Source of the DNA: Tubiluchus corallicola
Taxonomy: Eukaryota > Animalia > Priapulida
DNA: 64,000 bases
Assembly: GCA_030141605.1 (NCBI GenBank)
Contig: JAQGDQ010000096.1
Location: forward strand, 1 to 64,000
Direction: 5' to 3'
The position numbers and the translations under genes are program-made. The first letter of the stretch is position 1, and every line of letters starts with the position of its first letter. Shown here piece after piece: positions 1 to 12,800 of the stretch. The notes beneath the pieces are model-generated. The model did no database searches. It was not told the origin of the DNA and worked only from the letters and a program-made list of their open reading frames with translations.

Positions 1-2589
1 AGGGTGTCTCAATTCATTAAAAATTATGGTCTTTCGCAAATGATGTTCAAATACATTTACCTGTTTCGTTTATATCACGAATATGGAAATAAACGCATCA
101 TCATCCATCAAACAATGATTCATACATCCAGGGACATGATTCTGTTCACCTCCCTATGACAGGATTCCCTACTCGCTGCAATGCCCCAAGTGCATTTATC
201 TCTAAGGATCATTTTATTTATATCTAAATAAATGCATGCTTGAATTTGAATTACGTAATTGCTTCCCTTGAAATGTAACATAGTTCTAACATTCCTCACC
301 ACGTCAACTATATATGTAACAGGAACTGAGTTTTTGTCAGCTATGAACAAACGAATTTCGCGTTTTTTTTCTAATTCTTTATTAACTTTCGAAAATGCAT
401 TCATAATTGTTGTGCCCAAATTGCACGGTGGCATCAAATAAGTTTGTTTAATACAAAACACTTCAAGTAACCTCAACAAACCCATAGAACATTTATTCAG
501 CTCAGAAAATAAGCCTTTTCACAGTTCCAGCAATTGATGATGATCGTAAAAAGGTCAGTGGTTGGTTAAGTGTACCAGACAGTGTATTTGTGTACGCTTG
601 ACAATGCCTCGCAGCCCAAGCTATTGTAATACTAACAATTTTGATAGCTAGCTATATAGAACCTCATCTAGTTCGCTTTTCTGGTTCCTAAAAAAGATAT
701 TGCTAATAAATCACTCCATGCACGGACTATAATGCATAATTAAGTAAAGTCCACGTACAACAACTGAAGTTACTCAATTGAATCAGCAGACAGCTTTACT
801 TTACCCACATGTCATGTGACGGTCGCTGTTAAGACCTTTGACCTACAGCAACTATGCTTTGCACAACGACACTGTGAAGGGGCTTATTAATGACAATGCA
901 ACCCACTAATAGCATTATGATCTTTCACAATCTTCTCTTTTAAGGCTCAAAGTCGTAATTGCATATTATGTTTTCCTTTCTCAACTTTCAGTTTTATTGT
1001 TCTTATACCATTGCTATTATTACATTATTTACATCATCTTTATTTACATTATTAAGTTATCTACAGAAGTATGCATAATTATAATAATTTTTTCATTTAA
1101 GTAAAGTAAGCGTGTTAATGACCATATGGTCGTACATTCACCTCGCACTACTCAATTTATTTTATTTTAAATTTATTGATGTGTTTGATATTGTATGTTT
1201 TGAAGTGTGAAATAAAACTCATAGTTCATAGTTCATAGTACTGTAGCCACGATCTGGCTGGAGTCATAGAGACGTCAATTTCTTCAGTCCTTCAAAAATT
1301 GCCCTTATGATTCCCAAGGATAAAACTCTTCCTCATACTTAACAATCATATGCACATGCCTGCCATATCCTACCATCGTTTTGTTGTATTAATATATAAT
1401 TATGATTGGCTTTGAATTTTGAACTTCAGTAGGAATGACCAGAATGGATCTGAGAATATGCTAATGAGAAAAACAACATGGGCTAATGTTAGAGTATTTT
1501 CGATCAGACTGCTCATCCAAACTTTGGTTCACTGCTGATTATCTGGAAAAAGAAATTATTTTAATGATTGAAATTCAGGCTAGTGCTACTATAGCAACGA
1601 GTTCAAACAGAACCAATCAGAAGTGTAAATTCTGTTTTTTTTAAACATTTAGCACAGCTTTGAAAGAATGCAGCTAACATTTAATACAAAAAAGTGTTTC
1701 TCTAAACCAAACTTGCTAATTAAGGCTGTTTTTACGCAACTTTGCAATAAGACATTTAATTTTTCATTTAAGCGTGTACAATTTTTTTAGCAAATATTTG
1801 TAAACTTATTTCATTTTTGGGTAAAGCCAGAGGCTGGGGCAAATTAAGGGAATTTTACTGTATTTTGTGCAACAGGTCAATCTGTCTTTGATATTCTCTT
1901 CCTTTGCTTTTTCAAAGACTTTTCCAGATTCAGTTGTACATATTTCACTCAGATCAAAAGGCTTTAACAGGATTTTTCTGTTTCTAGTTCATAAATACTT
2001 TGTATCCCTTTTCTTTCTTGAAATGCAGACAATCTTGAAAAGGCTGTTGTCTCTTAGCTGTTAAACTCTCATTAATGTAGCATAGCACTACTTGGTTCAT
2101 AGGCCCCATGTACCCCGATTTATTTGCAGTTATTAAACACTTTATCTCTCTCTTTTTCGTACAAATTTCATTATCATTTTTAGTGTACAATTATTTCTCC
2201 CATTTTCTATCTTTCAGGTTTGGAAACAAAATTTAATAAATGTGGGCATGTATCAACATTAATAATAATTTTAATAATAGGTTAAGATTGTAATAATTAA
2301 CTGATTGTAGATTGAACGTGTTAAATTCCTTACTACAAAAATAATATTAATAATTAATACCGACATTACTGCACGTACATAAAATGTATGTGGGCAACAA
2401 TTTATAAAAACTTAGTTAAAAACGGTTAGTTAAAAAAAATCAAGTTGTACGTTATCACCAATTATTGCATTTTACGTACGTGTGATTGCGCACATTGGCC
2501 AATCACAATTTTAACATAAAAGCAAATCTACGAACGTTTACTTTCTAAAATAACCGGGTTACAGACATACTATGTTGCAAAGCAGAAAA

Positions 2590-3045
2590 AGTTGAAAAAC
2601 GAAGAGTCGATTCGACAGCGAATATAATATTTTTGACTGCATTTATTAGCACAACACGATTCAGAAATTGATGCATTTCAAAGAAAAAACTACAGGAACA
2701 TTCTAGGAATAAAACGGCCAAAGAAAATATCAAACAGGATCTGTACAATAAAGTCAAGGCAGAGGAATGGACAATTAAAATCAAAAGGAGAAGATCAAGA
2801 TGGATAAGACATGTTATGCGACTACCAGATGACAGTCCATTAAAGTTAGCTTTCAAAGAGCACTGTAGAAAGAAAAGAAACCGCAAGGAGGACAGCTGCT
2901 GGCTTACATCAACTTCATCCAAAAAGATCTTATCAACACACCATTAGATATCAAAAATACAGAGACATAGGAGGTTGCTGTTGACTGGGCAAGTGATCAG
3001 CAGGGTCATGTCAAATGACGTGTGACTCCAGAGATGATGATGATT
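2590..3045 (+). mobile_element. RTE-like LINE 3' fragment, decayed
   Basis: DLYNKVKAEEWTIKIKRRRSRWIRHVMRLPDDSPLKLA resembles the RTE ORF C-terminus (RxRWxGHVxR), followed by a short (TGA)n tail; boundaries approximate. Confidence 0.6.
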
Positions 3046-3237
3046 AGTACAATAAAGACTTGAATGTTTACACACATGATCAGCTATAACCCTGAACAGC
3101 ACTAATTGATCGGCTAGTACGTTTACAAAAAACCCACATAAGCCTCTCATATGAATACTATTACAACATGTAATCGTTGAGGAATACAGGATAACATCAT
3201 AGATTCATAAGAGTCATCAAATTGATGGATGGATGAA

Positions 3238-3753
3238 CCAGTGGCAGCTCTTAGCTAAAATTGGTGGGGATGCTGCAAAATTAAAAATTTTTAGCAATTG
3301 CTTTAATACTGTGTAAAAGGAAACAAATATGTGTAATTATAATGTTGTAATTGTAGTTTTAAGCAAACAAACTATTTTAAACATAACCTTGATAAACTCC
3401 TAAACAAAAACTAACGAATAGCCTAAATTGTCGCAGTTCAAGAATATGCCGATACACGGCTTTTAAACATGTTACAACTGACAACATGTACTGCAGTGAA
3501 CGACAGTACTCTTTCTACCTAAAGTACAGCGTTTTATCTCAGAGATGTGTGCATGGCCACATGTGCAGAGCAGCCAAACACCGTGTTGCTTGGGCTGTGA
3601 AGTAAATTGTACTTCCCCCCCGTGCTCCGGTTCCGCACACGTATAAAGAAAGAACTAAAAAGGACATTATATTGAATACTATTGATAATAATGAGTAAAA
3701 ACGGGGGGGGGGGGGGCTGCAGTACCACATTACCTATACACGAGCTGCTACTG
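3238..3753. mobile_element. hAT-like MITE
   Basis: TIRs CAGTGGCAGCTC / GAGCTGCTACTG; 8-bp direct repeat TGGATGAA at 3230-3237 and 3754-3761; subterminal G-run. Confidence 0.7.
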
Positions 3754-4012
3754 TGGATGAAGCTACAATTTCGACAAGTAACAAAAAGTAAAACATGTGT
3801 AAGCGAAAAATGGTGAGGAGAAATTAGAAGTGGATGATGCAGGGATGTGATGAGTGAAACAATGAAACAGACAAATAGTGGGTACTCAGGAAGTGGACAT
3901 ACAAAATGAGGATCAGAGAGAAGAGTGAAAAATGCTAAATAATTACGAATTTGATTTATCTGTCTCAGTTAGTATGGGGAACTTTATGATATTCTAAATT
4001 GATATACAGAGT

Positions 4013-4268
4013 AGATATATACATGTATACATGTATACCACATACATGTATACACACGTATATATATTTATACATATACATAAACCCATACACGCACACA
4101 CACACACACACACACACATGTACATACACACACACATACATACATACATACATACATACAGACATACAGACAGACATACATACATACATACATTTATATA
4201 TATACACATGTATATGTACCCGTATTTAAGTGGGGGAAAAGAGATTAAATTATATATATATATATATA
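4013..4268. repeat. Compound (TA)/(CA)/(TACA)/(CAGA) microsatellite
   Basis: Directly visible; produces several spurious low-complexity ORFs. Confidence 0.9.
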
Positions 4269-4739
4269 CTCGTAGTATTAACTATAATTGTATGTAACAT
4301 TTAAATGTAGCTGATGGTAGTTATGTAGCCATCAAACCATTAAGGATAGGCTATGGGGGGGGGGGGGGGGAAATTATATGAATATAAGTGATTCATTAGC
4401 AAAATTAATGCTACAATAATACATTCAAAATTTTTTGTATCATGAGGAAAATAATGTTGATTATATGTGGGCGAAGAGAGGTTATATTATGTCATTATAG
4501 CCAAATTAGTTTAATAAATACGGCTATTGGGAACATCGTAACAGCAATTGCAATACCATGACATACATATAATATTATGAATAATGAAGGGAGAGGCGCA
4601 TGCATTGGCAAAATGTGATTCTACGCTGCAATGAATGAATCATTTCATTTTAATTGATTTATACCTTTTACTAATAAAAGTAACAAAAGTCGTAAAGATA
4701 TCTATTAGTAAAAAAAAAACACAAGTGCAAAAAGACACA

Positions 4740-6180
4740 CGTGCGCAAAAAATTAAAAATACCTTATATTGCTTGGTAGCTATTTTTAAAGAAGCAGACG
4801 AAATGATTGTCTTGGGCACACTGTTCCACAAAATAACTCTATTGTGCTGTAAGGTATTTAAGCCATACGCTGTGTTAAATCGTGTTTGAAAATAGTGTCC
4901 CGTACTGGAAGACCTAGTATAGTGAGAGTGAACGTCTTTGATTAAGGAAAAGTAGGTAGTATATAGTTCAGGCAACTGCCGGTTATCAAACTTATACATG
5001 AATTTAAATAATTCAAGATTATAAATATCTATAAACTAAAGGTATATTTGTGATGATGTTGCATGGTCTTTGTAATTGGCAAAGTCATATATTTAACTAT
5101 TTTATTCTGTACTGTTAATAGCTGTTATAATAAGTATTTTTTGTTTGCCACCAAGACATCACACAGTATTGGAGATACGGTAGACTAATGCATGGTAGAC
5201 CATTTTCAAAATAGGCAAATTAATAAAATGCCTTAACTTTGCAGAAATACCCGCTGTTTTGTTTAATTTTGTTGCTGTAGAGGAAATGTGGGTAGACCAC
5301 TTCATATTATTATCAATATGCAACCCAAGGTACTACTACTTTGTGTTAAAGTTATGTTGCCAATTTTGAGTTCAAAAGTGGAAGAGTCTTGTTGTGAAAG
5401 GTTCCTACTGATTAACACATACTTTGTTTTAGTGTAATTAACAGATAATTTATTTGCTTTCATCCAGTAATCAATCTTTTTAGTTCATTGTTAGTGCAAT
5501 ATTGTAAAGTTGAATAGTTAGTAGATGTGAGGAAGAAACTTGTGTCATCAGCGAAAAGGCGAGTGTTAAAATTAGTAGCAAGAGGTAGGTCATTGATATA
5601 GATCAGGAAACGCAGCGGCCCAACAGTTGATCCTTGAGGTACACCACAGTTTATGTCTAGCAAATCAGAGCATGTATTGTTTATAGTGGCGAACTGTTGT
5701 CAGTTAATTAAGTCAGATTTAAGGAGATCCAAGGCAGGGCCTCTGATTCCATAATAATGTAATTTATGTAGTAGAATATCATGTTGGACTGTCAAAAGCT
5801 CTAGATAAATCTAGGAACATTGCACAAGTGAATAGTTTTGTGTAAATTTAGAAGCATATTTTCAACAAATTCAGAAGTAGCTAATGAAGTAGGATAAGTT
5901 TTGTGAAAACCAAGTTGAAATTTTGTTAGTATATTACATGAAGTGAGAAAATTGTTAATGAGATTACAAATAATATTTTCAAAAATTTTGGAAACTGGTG
6001 ACAGGAGAGAAATTGGGCAATAATTTGATGGGTTGTTTATTGAATCATTATTATAAAGTGGTTTACTTTAGCTACTTTTAGACATTTAGCAAAGGTTCCT
6101 TCAGAAACTGCCATATTAAATAATTGAGAAAGTACTGGGACAATTAAATCACTTGCTAATTTGTAGAATTTAACATGGAA
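4740..6180 (-). mobile_element. CR1-group LINE ORF2 remnant (5' truncated)
   Basis: GVPQGSTVGP, IYINDLP, LFADDT; upstream LIVPVLSQLFN...KVAKV; C-terminal MYK...HSHYTR...LWNSVP; many stops and frameshifts. Confidence 0.85.
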
Positions 6181-6837
6181 ATGGCTGGTGGTTGTTGATA
6201 AGGGGTGGTATGCTCCTGCAAATGTGAAGCAAGTGCTGATACTAATTCCAGTAAACACAAAAGGTGTTTTTAAAGTGTCTGCCATCTTGAAATATCAAAC
6301 TTTATATAATCTCAGTGAAATTTAACTGTCTAGCATTATAAGTTGCATTATTACACGTTGCAATTCTCGGGTATTTATCTGTATCGTACAACACATTATA
6401 TATTGTTTTTTTATGCAGTTGTAGTACTAGTAGTATTACTAGCAACTCCTATATAGTAGTGAAGATTTTTATTTCAGTATTATTGTTTCGCCTCCTACTC
6501 CTCATTTTGTTTTCTAGTTTTGCTCACCTACTTTTTTTAAAAATTTTTAATTGGCCAAATTATGGTTTCCAATTCTAAATTTAACTTCCTTCTAGTCATG
6601 AATACAATATACAGTAAAATATTTGGATGGACTAGTGTTAGAAGATGAGGGTCTAACTTTGGCCCACTACATTTAAAAAAAGTACAAAAATGTAAAACCT
6701 CCAACCAGCTGGTTTTTTCGCACTGGCACGAATCTCACTTTGGTCAAACAGCTGGCTTCACTGTGATGCATTGCCGAAATGAAGGACCTCACTACAGCAG
6801 TATTTCCTTCCATGGGCTCGTTGCTAGTGTTACTTAA

Positions 6838-7258
6838 AGAAAGACAGGATGATTTTTCATATACTGCCCCATTTTCAAATACGGTAAAAAGTATATATTT
6901 TAACACCAACAATACTGCAAAAGGTCTCTAATAATTAAATAATAGATGAAAATCTTAATTAATGGCAGGCAAGCTCAATTATTGATGACATCACAAACTA
7001 ACATAATTTTTAACACCAAAAATATTCCAAGAGCGGGTTGCACGTGTTTGTGAAAGCGAAAATTGAAGTGCAGTGCTGCTGTAAGAGTTACAGTGTGTTG
7101 TACTAAAACTCAACAAATTTTGAGTTAAGAATTCAAATTCACTGTGTGGTAATAATTCTTTCATGTAAGGCATTCTTTAAAAAATACTATGTTTCCTTTC
7201 AATATTTTAAAGAATAGATTGTTTAGAGCTACAATTTAACATTAGATCCGGTTTTGCT
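6838..7258 (+). mobile_element. TTAA-flanked non-autonomous DNA transposon (Kolobok-like), copy 1, internally deleted
   Basis: TTAA on both sides; imperfect TIR AGAAAGACAGGAT vs AGCAAAACCGGAT; homologous to 47647-48140 and 63091-63738. Confidence 0.65.
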
Positions 7259-8552
7259 TTAAGCAGTCAAGCATCCAAAAGTAAAGTAAAAAGCAGTCAT
7301 ACTCTTAATGACGTGATAGTGGTGTTGTCATGTCATAATTGACAACATTTTTGGATTTATGTGATGCACTTTCTTATCTATCAGTCATTTTTAGGACATG
7401 CAATCAATTTTTGGCCCAAGCAAGCACCATCTTGGATTTGTGCATATATCTCAGAAGTACCAATCCCGATTTGGACGATGTCTCCTGAAACCATGTTCTA
7501 ATAGAAACTGAAGGGAAAACCCTATTGCAATTTGTTCTAAGTACCACCTTACTTGGAGCTATTTTTGCCCATCTATAAAGGTCCAAAATTCAGGTTTTGT
7601 TCTTACTTTTCCGCATAAATTTCATGTTTTCCAAATTTGGTAAGAAAAATTTAATTAATTGTGGGTTTGTACCATCATTACTACAGTCCTCAGTATGTAT
7701 ACAAGACTTAGGAATGATTTTTTTGTTTAGTGGCTAATTATCATATGGTAGGTCTTTTGGCTTAGCAGCTAGCAAAATATTTAGAGTAATAAAAATGCTG
7801 AGATTCTGAAAATTGAACTTTGCAACATATATAGTTTGAGTGTGGATTAGAAATGACACTATAGCTTTTAATCAGTTTTTCTAAACTGGTTGCACACAAA
7901 GTTTAATTTAAGTATGATTTTGATTTTATGTTTCCATTGTATGTAACAGTTTTAAGCAATAAAAAATATTAATAATAAATAATAATTCTTGTAAAGTAGT
8001 AAAATTTCTCTGAATGTATAATTCAGGCATTCTTAAGGATTGCAAATTATAATTGTAGAGACAAATGTGACATGACAATAATACTGAATTCATATGCTAG
8101 GAATCTTGCTCAGCAACGGCTATTCATGTTAAAAAACTCGGTTTTTGTGAGTTTTTAGCTATGCAACAGTGCGATTCATAAGTCTTGCATGTTTGGTATT
8201 TTTGGCCATCGTCATAATCATATGCCCTATATTGGGCAGGAAGAATTCTAAAATAAAAAACTGTTCCCTCAAGACAGGTAAACACAGCAGTAATCCTCCA
8301 AAAAAATAGGGCCGGATTATGATCATAGGTTAATGAATTTATGGGGCCACTTCAGACGGAGTTACCCTCTAACTCACCCGCACCCGTTTAGAACATTTTT
8401 TACTTGTGATATATTTTAGCAACATCTACATATCCTAAAGTAAACTTGTTGTAAATTCTTTAAATAAACTAGAATATCTATCTTTTGTCACTAAAAATAT
8501 TCTTTATTTTTTGAATTTAAGATAGTGCTCTTCTGAGACTTGCCATGGTTAT

Positions 8553-9010
8553 AATCATAAAGAAGACGAAGTGCTCTTTAAATCTCAAAAAACTTTTTTA
8601 GAAGCTTCGTGGACTTTTTCTGCTGTAAGGTAGAGAAACAATAATAAAAATCATAAAAATTACAGATAAAACTACTTGTAAAGTGTAAGTATACAATGAC
8701 ATTAAAATAAGGGATACAATATTCGTTAAGAAGCTGTATTATAAAATCAGTTTCAGTTTGATTTTGTTTTTTTTGTTAATTGATAATTGTAATGTTTCTT
8801 CTAATTTAGTTTTTAATACAGCTTCTTAATGAATTTTGGATTCCTTATTTAATTTATTTAATGTCATTGTTCACTTACACTTTACATGTAGTTTTTTCTG
8901 TGACTTTTATTATTGTATCTCTACAGCTGACGAAGTCCATGAAGGACGAAAGCTTCTGGAAAAATAAAAGTTCTTTGAGACTTGAAGAACACTTTGTCTT
9001 CTTTATAATT
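8553..9010. repeat. Diverged ~190-bp inverted repeat (arms ~8553-8741 and ~8814-9010), possibly Penelope-like pseudo-LTRs
   Basis: AAGAAGCTGTATTA/TAATACAGCTTCTT, GTAAAGTGTAAGT/ACTTACACTTTAC and ATAAAGAAGAC/GTCTTCTTTAT occur in mirrored order. Confidence 0.75.
8922..8960 (+). ncRNA. Candidate minimal (short stem III) hammerhead ribozyme variant
   Basis: CTGACGA, extra A, stem II GTCC/GGAC, GAAA, palindromic AGCT stem III, weak stem I TACAG/CTGGA. Confidence 0.45.
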
Positions 9011-9086
9011 TCTTAATTTTTGACTATCTGTGCCTTTAAAAACTGTTACTGAATGCAAAGTTAAAATCCTGCTCGCACTGATAAGA

Positions 9087-9251
9087 GAGTGTACATGCAC
9101 CCATGACATGAGAATGGCCGAACTGCAGCTTGTTCTGTTTGGAGTGTACATGCACCGATGACATGAGAAGAGCCAAGCTGCATTTTGTTCTGTTTGGAGT
9201 GTACATGCACCCATGACATGAGAAGAGCCAAGCTGCAGCTTGTTCTGTTTG
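9087..9251. repeat. 55-bp minisatellite x3
   Basis: Unit GAGTGTACATGCACCCATGACATGAGAAGAGCCAAGCTGCAGCTTGTTCTGTTTG. Confidence 0.9.
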
Positions 9252-9794
9252 TAGTGAAAGACAGAAAGTAAAAAGTGTCACGTGTTACAGTCAAATGTAT
9301 AATCGTGTATTGTAAAAATGTAGATAATCAAAGCATCTTGGCATTATGCACAGCAAGCCACAATAACTAATTGCTTAGCATTAATTAGCAATTATTAATC
9401 CCTTTATGTTAAGTTCAAACCATTCATTTCGTTTACTATTTTGTTTGCATTTCATTTCCTTTGATTTCCTTTGTTCAATACGTACAGTGTACACAACTTT
9501 ATTACAACTTTTACATAAATTCTTATGTAAGTTTTTGGATGGCCATTTGCTCAGCTAAATTCTCATCATCTGAATGCAGCTTTATGAAATAAAATGAAAA
9601 TTCGTTAGCTGTAACAGTGAACTTGAACGTATGCACTAGTCTGCCATATAGCCCACAGGTCATTACTTAAGATGTAAATAATAGACTTTACAGTGTAGGT
9701 ATATTTCTTTTGTAAGTGTTTTGTTTTTATCTTATAGCTTACCTGTTATAAGCCAAGGCCTACGTGTTAGTCAGGTTGTCTGCTCATAAATTTC

Positions 9795-9873
9795 ATGGCT
9801 GGTGGTAGTGCAGGTGACTGGTGTTTAATTGAAAGTGATCCGGGTGTTTTCAGTGAATTAATTCGTGGTTTTG
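9795..9873 (+). CDS. UCHL5: UCHL5 coding exon 1
   Basis: ATG at 9795, MAGGSAGDWCLIESDPGVFSELIRGF; donor G|GTAAGT. Confidence 0.93.
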
Positions 9874-12800
9874 GTAAGTTTCATTTTAATTTTTACTTTC
9901 CAGTTTGAGCACATAGTTGTCCAGTAATGATCAAACTTCGTACAACATTTGCAAAGATACATATAGTAGTGACATTATTTCAAAGTCTCAAAGAATAGCA
10001 TGTAGAACTGTGTTGTTCTATCCTATTATACAGCTATTCTATTCTATTGCTACCCCGCTCAATTAGATTTTGGCGTACCACATATTGTTGTCTTTGACCT
10101 TTGCTCTGCGTAGTCTATGCAAACTCCTTATTCAGAATGACAAGTGAACATCTTCCTGATATGCAAGCCTTTGCAGATGATTATCAGTTACATTTATCCT
10201 TTCGTCCATCTAGTAACATGTCTGATTGAAATGTTCTGACTGCTAGGCAAAATTGTATTGAAGACATTAGAAAGTGGATGTGTGCCTTTCATTTAAAATT
10301 AAATGATGCTAAAATGGAATTTATCTTCACATCAGCTTTCAAAATTTGATATCAGTTGCACATATGTTGGTGGAACCAACATTGCTCCACTTGAGTCAGT
10401 GCACAAAGTATGGGTTACTGTTGATCAGAACATGTCTATGGATAATCATATTTCTAAAACTGGTTATTACTTGTTATTACTATAGCATAAGGTAAATGGA
10501 TAAATGTTTCAACCTTTCTGCTAAAAAAACATTAGTCCAGTCATTGATAACCATCAGAATTGACTATTGTAATCGCTTATTGATAAATGTTCCTAAGTAT
10601 AAACTCCAAGAACTTCACTATTTATTATGGTGAGACACCTGATTACATTTGTGACATGATTCATCCAATAAATTCAAACGGCACATAGCCTTAGATCAAA
10701 TGATAATCTTTTACTTATGGTTCCTAGAGTGTGCCGATCCATTCTGGGTGATAGGGCATTTTGTGCTGAAGGACCAACTCTATCAGACAGTCTACCTATC
10801 CAGATCAGGACACTTTCGAACACTTTCGAATCGTTTTAAAAACAGATTAAAGCGTACTTTAAAAAAACATGCAGTCTTTAAGTGATCAAGGCATAGTGAT
10901 CAAATTATTTGTCGACGTATACTTGTATTTTATGAATCGGTGTGTTTTTATGTATTTAGATACTCTTAATTTTTATGAAATTTTGTAGGCCTACTGTTTA
11001 AACTTGTGAATTTTTAATTCTGTCATAATGATTTTAGATGTTTTTGTAAAGCATCTTTGAACATTCAGCCGTTTGTTTGTCTGCTATAAATTTAAGTGCT
11101 ATACAAAATAATAATAATAAGTATTATTATTATTGGATAATAATTCAGTTTTGTACATCAATGTACTTTTGAACAGGATTGTCATTAATTTTAATCTATA
11201 CTCTTATATTAATATTCTTGGTATATATATATATATAAGATTCGAGGCTACAGCCCGGACGAGGGCACCATTTGCGGCGATCTATACATCAAACGAAAGG
11301 TCTCGATCTAGTGTCGTCTCATTGGGGGTTTATTTTTCGAATGGGGCACACCGCGAGGAACGGGGGGGCGAAAAACCTCCAAAAATGGCCATTTTTCGGC
11401 CGTTTTTTGCAAAAGTTATACGCCTGAGATGTAGAGAACGGGAATGGGCCGAGGGTGGTGCTGGGTGTTGATAGATAGCCCGTTCAGCGGTGGGTGTCAT
11501 AGGCCTATTTAGAGTTCCCGAGAGGGCCACGGCGCCCTGCAACGGGCGTTTTCCCGGACCCAACTCGCGATTTTTTCGAAATTTTGATCAAACGGCCTGC
11601 GGAAACGTTCTAGCGGCGCCCGGTGGGACTCTCGGAAGGAGATATATAGCTCATCAGAAAGAGGAAGAACAGGGCTACACGATGGTGTGGGCTATATGTT
11701 AGGGCAGGTCCACCGAGAGAAGTACCGACGAGTTAATTAGCTGTTCTATTTTCGGCGATTTTCGCTTAGAAAACTGTTGTGACGATTTCCATTGTGCTGA
11801 TGTCATCTATTATTGCTTATAGCTTTAATTCAGCAAAAAGCTGCTTTGCGTTAGTTAAACATACAGTAGGCACGAGTACAGGTTTTGCGTTAGGATGTTA
11901 CGGGCTTTGCGTTATACATGAGGACTGTGTAGGATGTTCGCGTGTTATTGATTATATGTGGTTTTTACGCAAAATCTTTTGCGGGGCCTTTGCTAGTCTC
12001 TTATATTAATATTCTTGGTATATATATATATAAGATTCGAGGCTACAGCCCGGACGAGGGCACATTTGCGGCGATCTATATATCAAACGAAAGGTCTCGA
12101 TCTAGTGTCTTCTCATTGATGGTTTATTTTTCGAATCGGGCCCACCGCGAGGAACGGGGGCCGAAAAACCTCCAAAAATGGCCCTTTTCGGCCGTTTTTT
12201 GCAAAAGTTATACGGCTGAGATGTAGAGAATGGGAACGGGCCGAGGGGGGGTACTGGGTATGGATAGATAGCCCGTTCAGCGGTGGGTGTAGTAGGCATA
12301 TTTAGAATTCCCGAGAGGGCCAGGGCGCCCCGCAACGGGCGTTTTCCCGGACCCAACTCGCGATTTTTTCGAAATTTTGACCAGCATGCGGGAAAAACGT
12401 TCTAGCGTCGCCCGGTGGGACTCTAGGAAGGAAATATGGGGCTCTTTACAAAGAGGAAGGACAGGGCTACACGATGATGTGGGCTATGTGTTAGGGCAGG
12501 TCCACCGAGAGGAGTACTAGCGAGTTAATTAGATGTTCAATTTTCGGCGATTTTCGCTTAGAAAACTGTCCTAACGCATTCCATTGTGCTGACGTCATCC
12601 ATTGTACTCTATAACTTTAATTCAGCAAAAAGCTGCTCTGCGTTAGATAAACAGACATACAGTAGCTGCCTGCTGGCTTTGCGTTAGGTAAGTAGGCAGG
12701 ATGTTACGGGCTTTGTGTTATAAATGAGGACTTGGTAGGACGTTTGCGTATTATTGATTACACGTGTATTTATACGCAAAATCTTTTGCGGGGCCTTTGC

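Noticed and set aside
120-485. 121-aa minus-strand ORF
   Set aside because: No recognisable motif or exon structure; possibly a decayed transposon, cannot be supported.
3965-4297. His/Thr- and Cys/Val-rich ORFs
   Set aside because: Translation artefacts of the microsatellite.
11133-12356. Several 70-112 aa ORFs in GC-rich DNA
   Set aside because: They lie in the two Helitron units, frames are not conserved between units, and no domain is recognisable.
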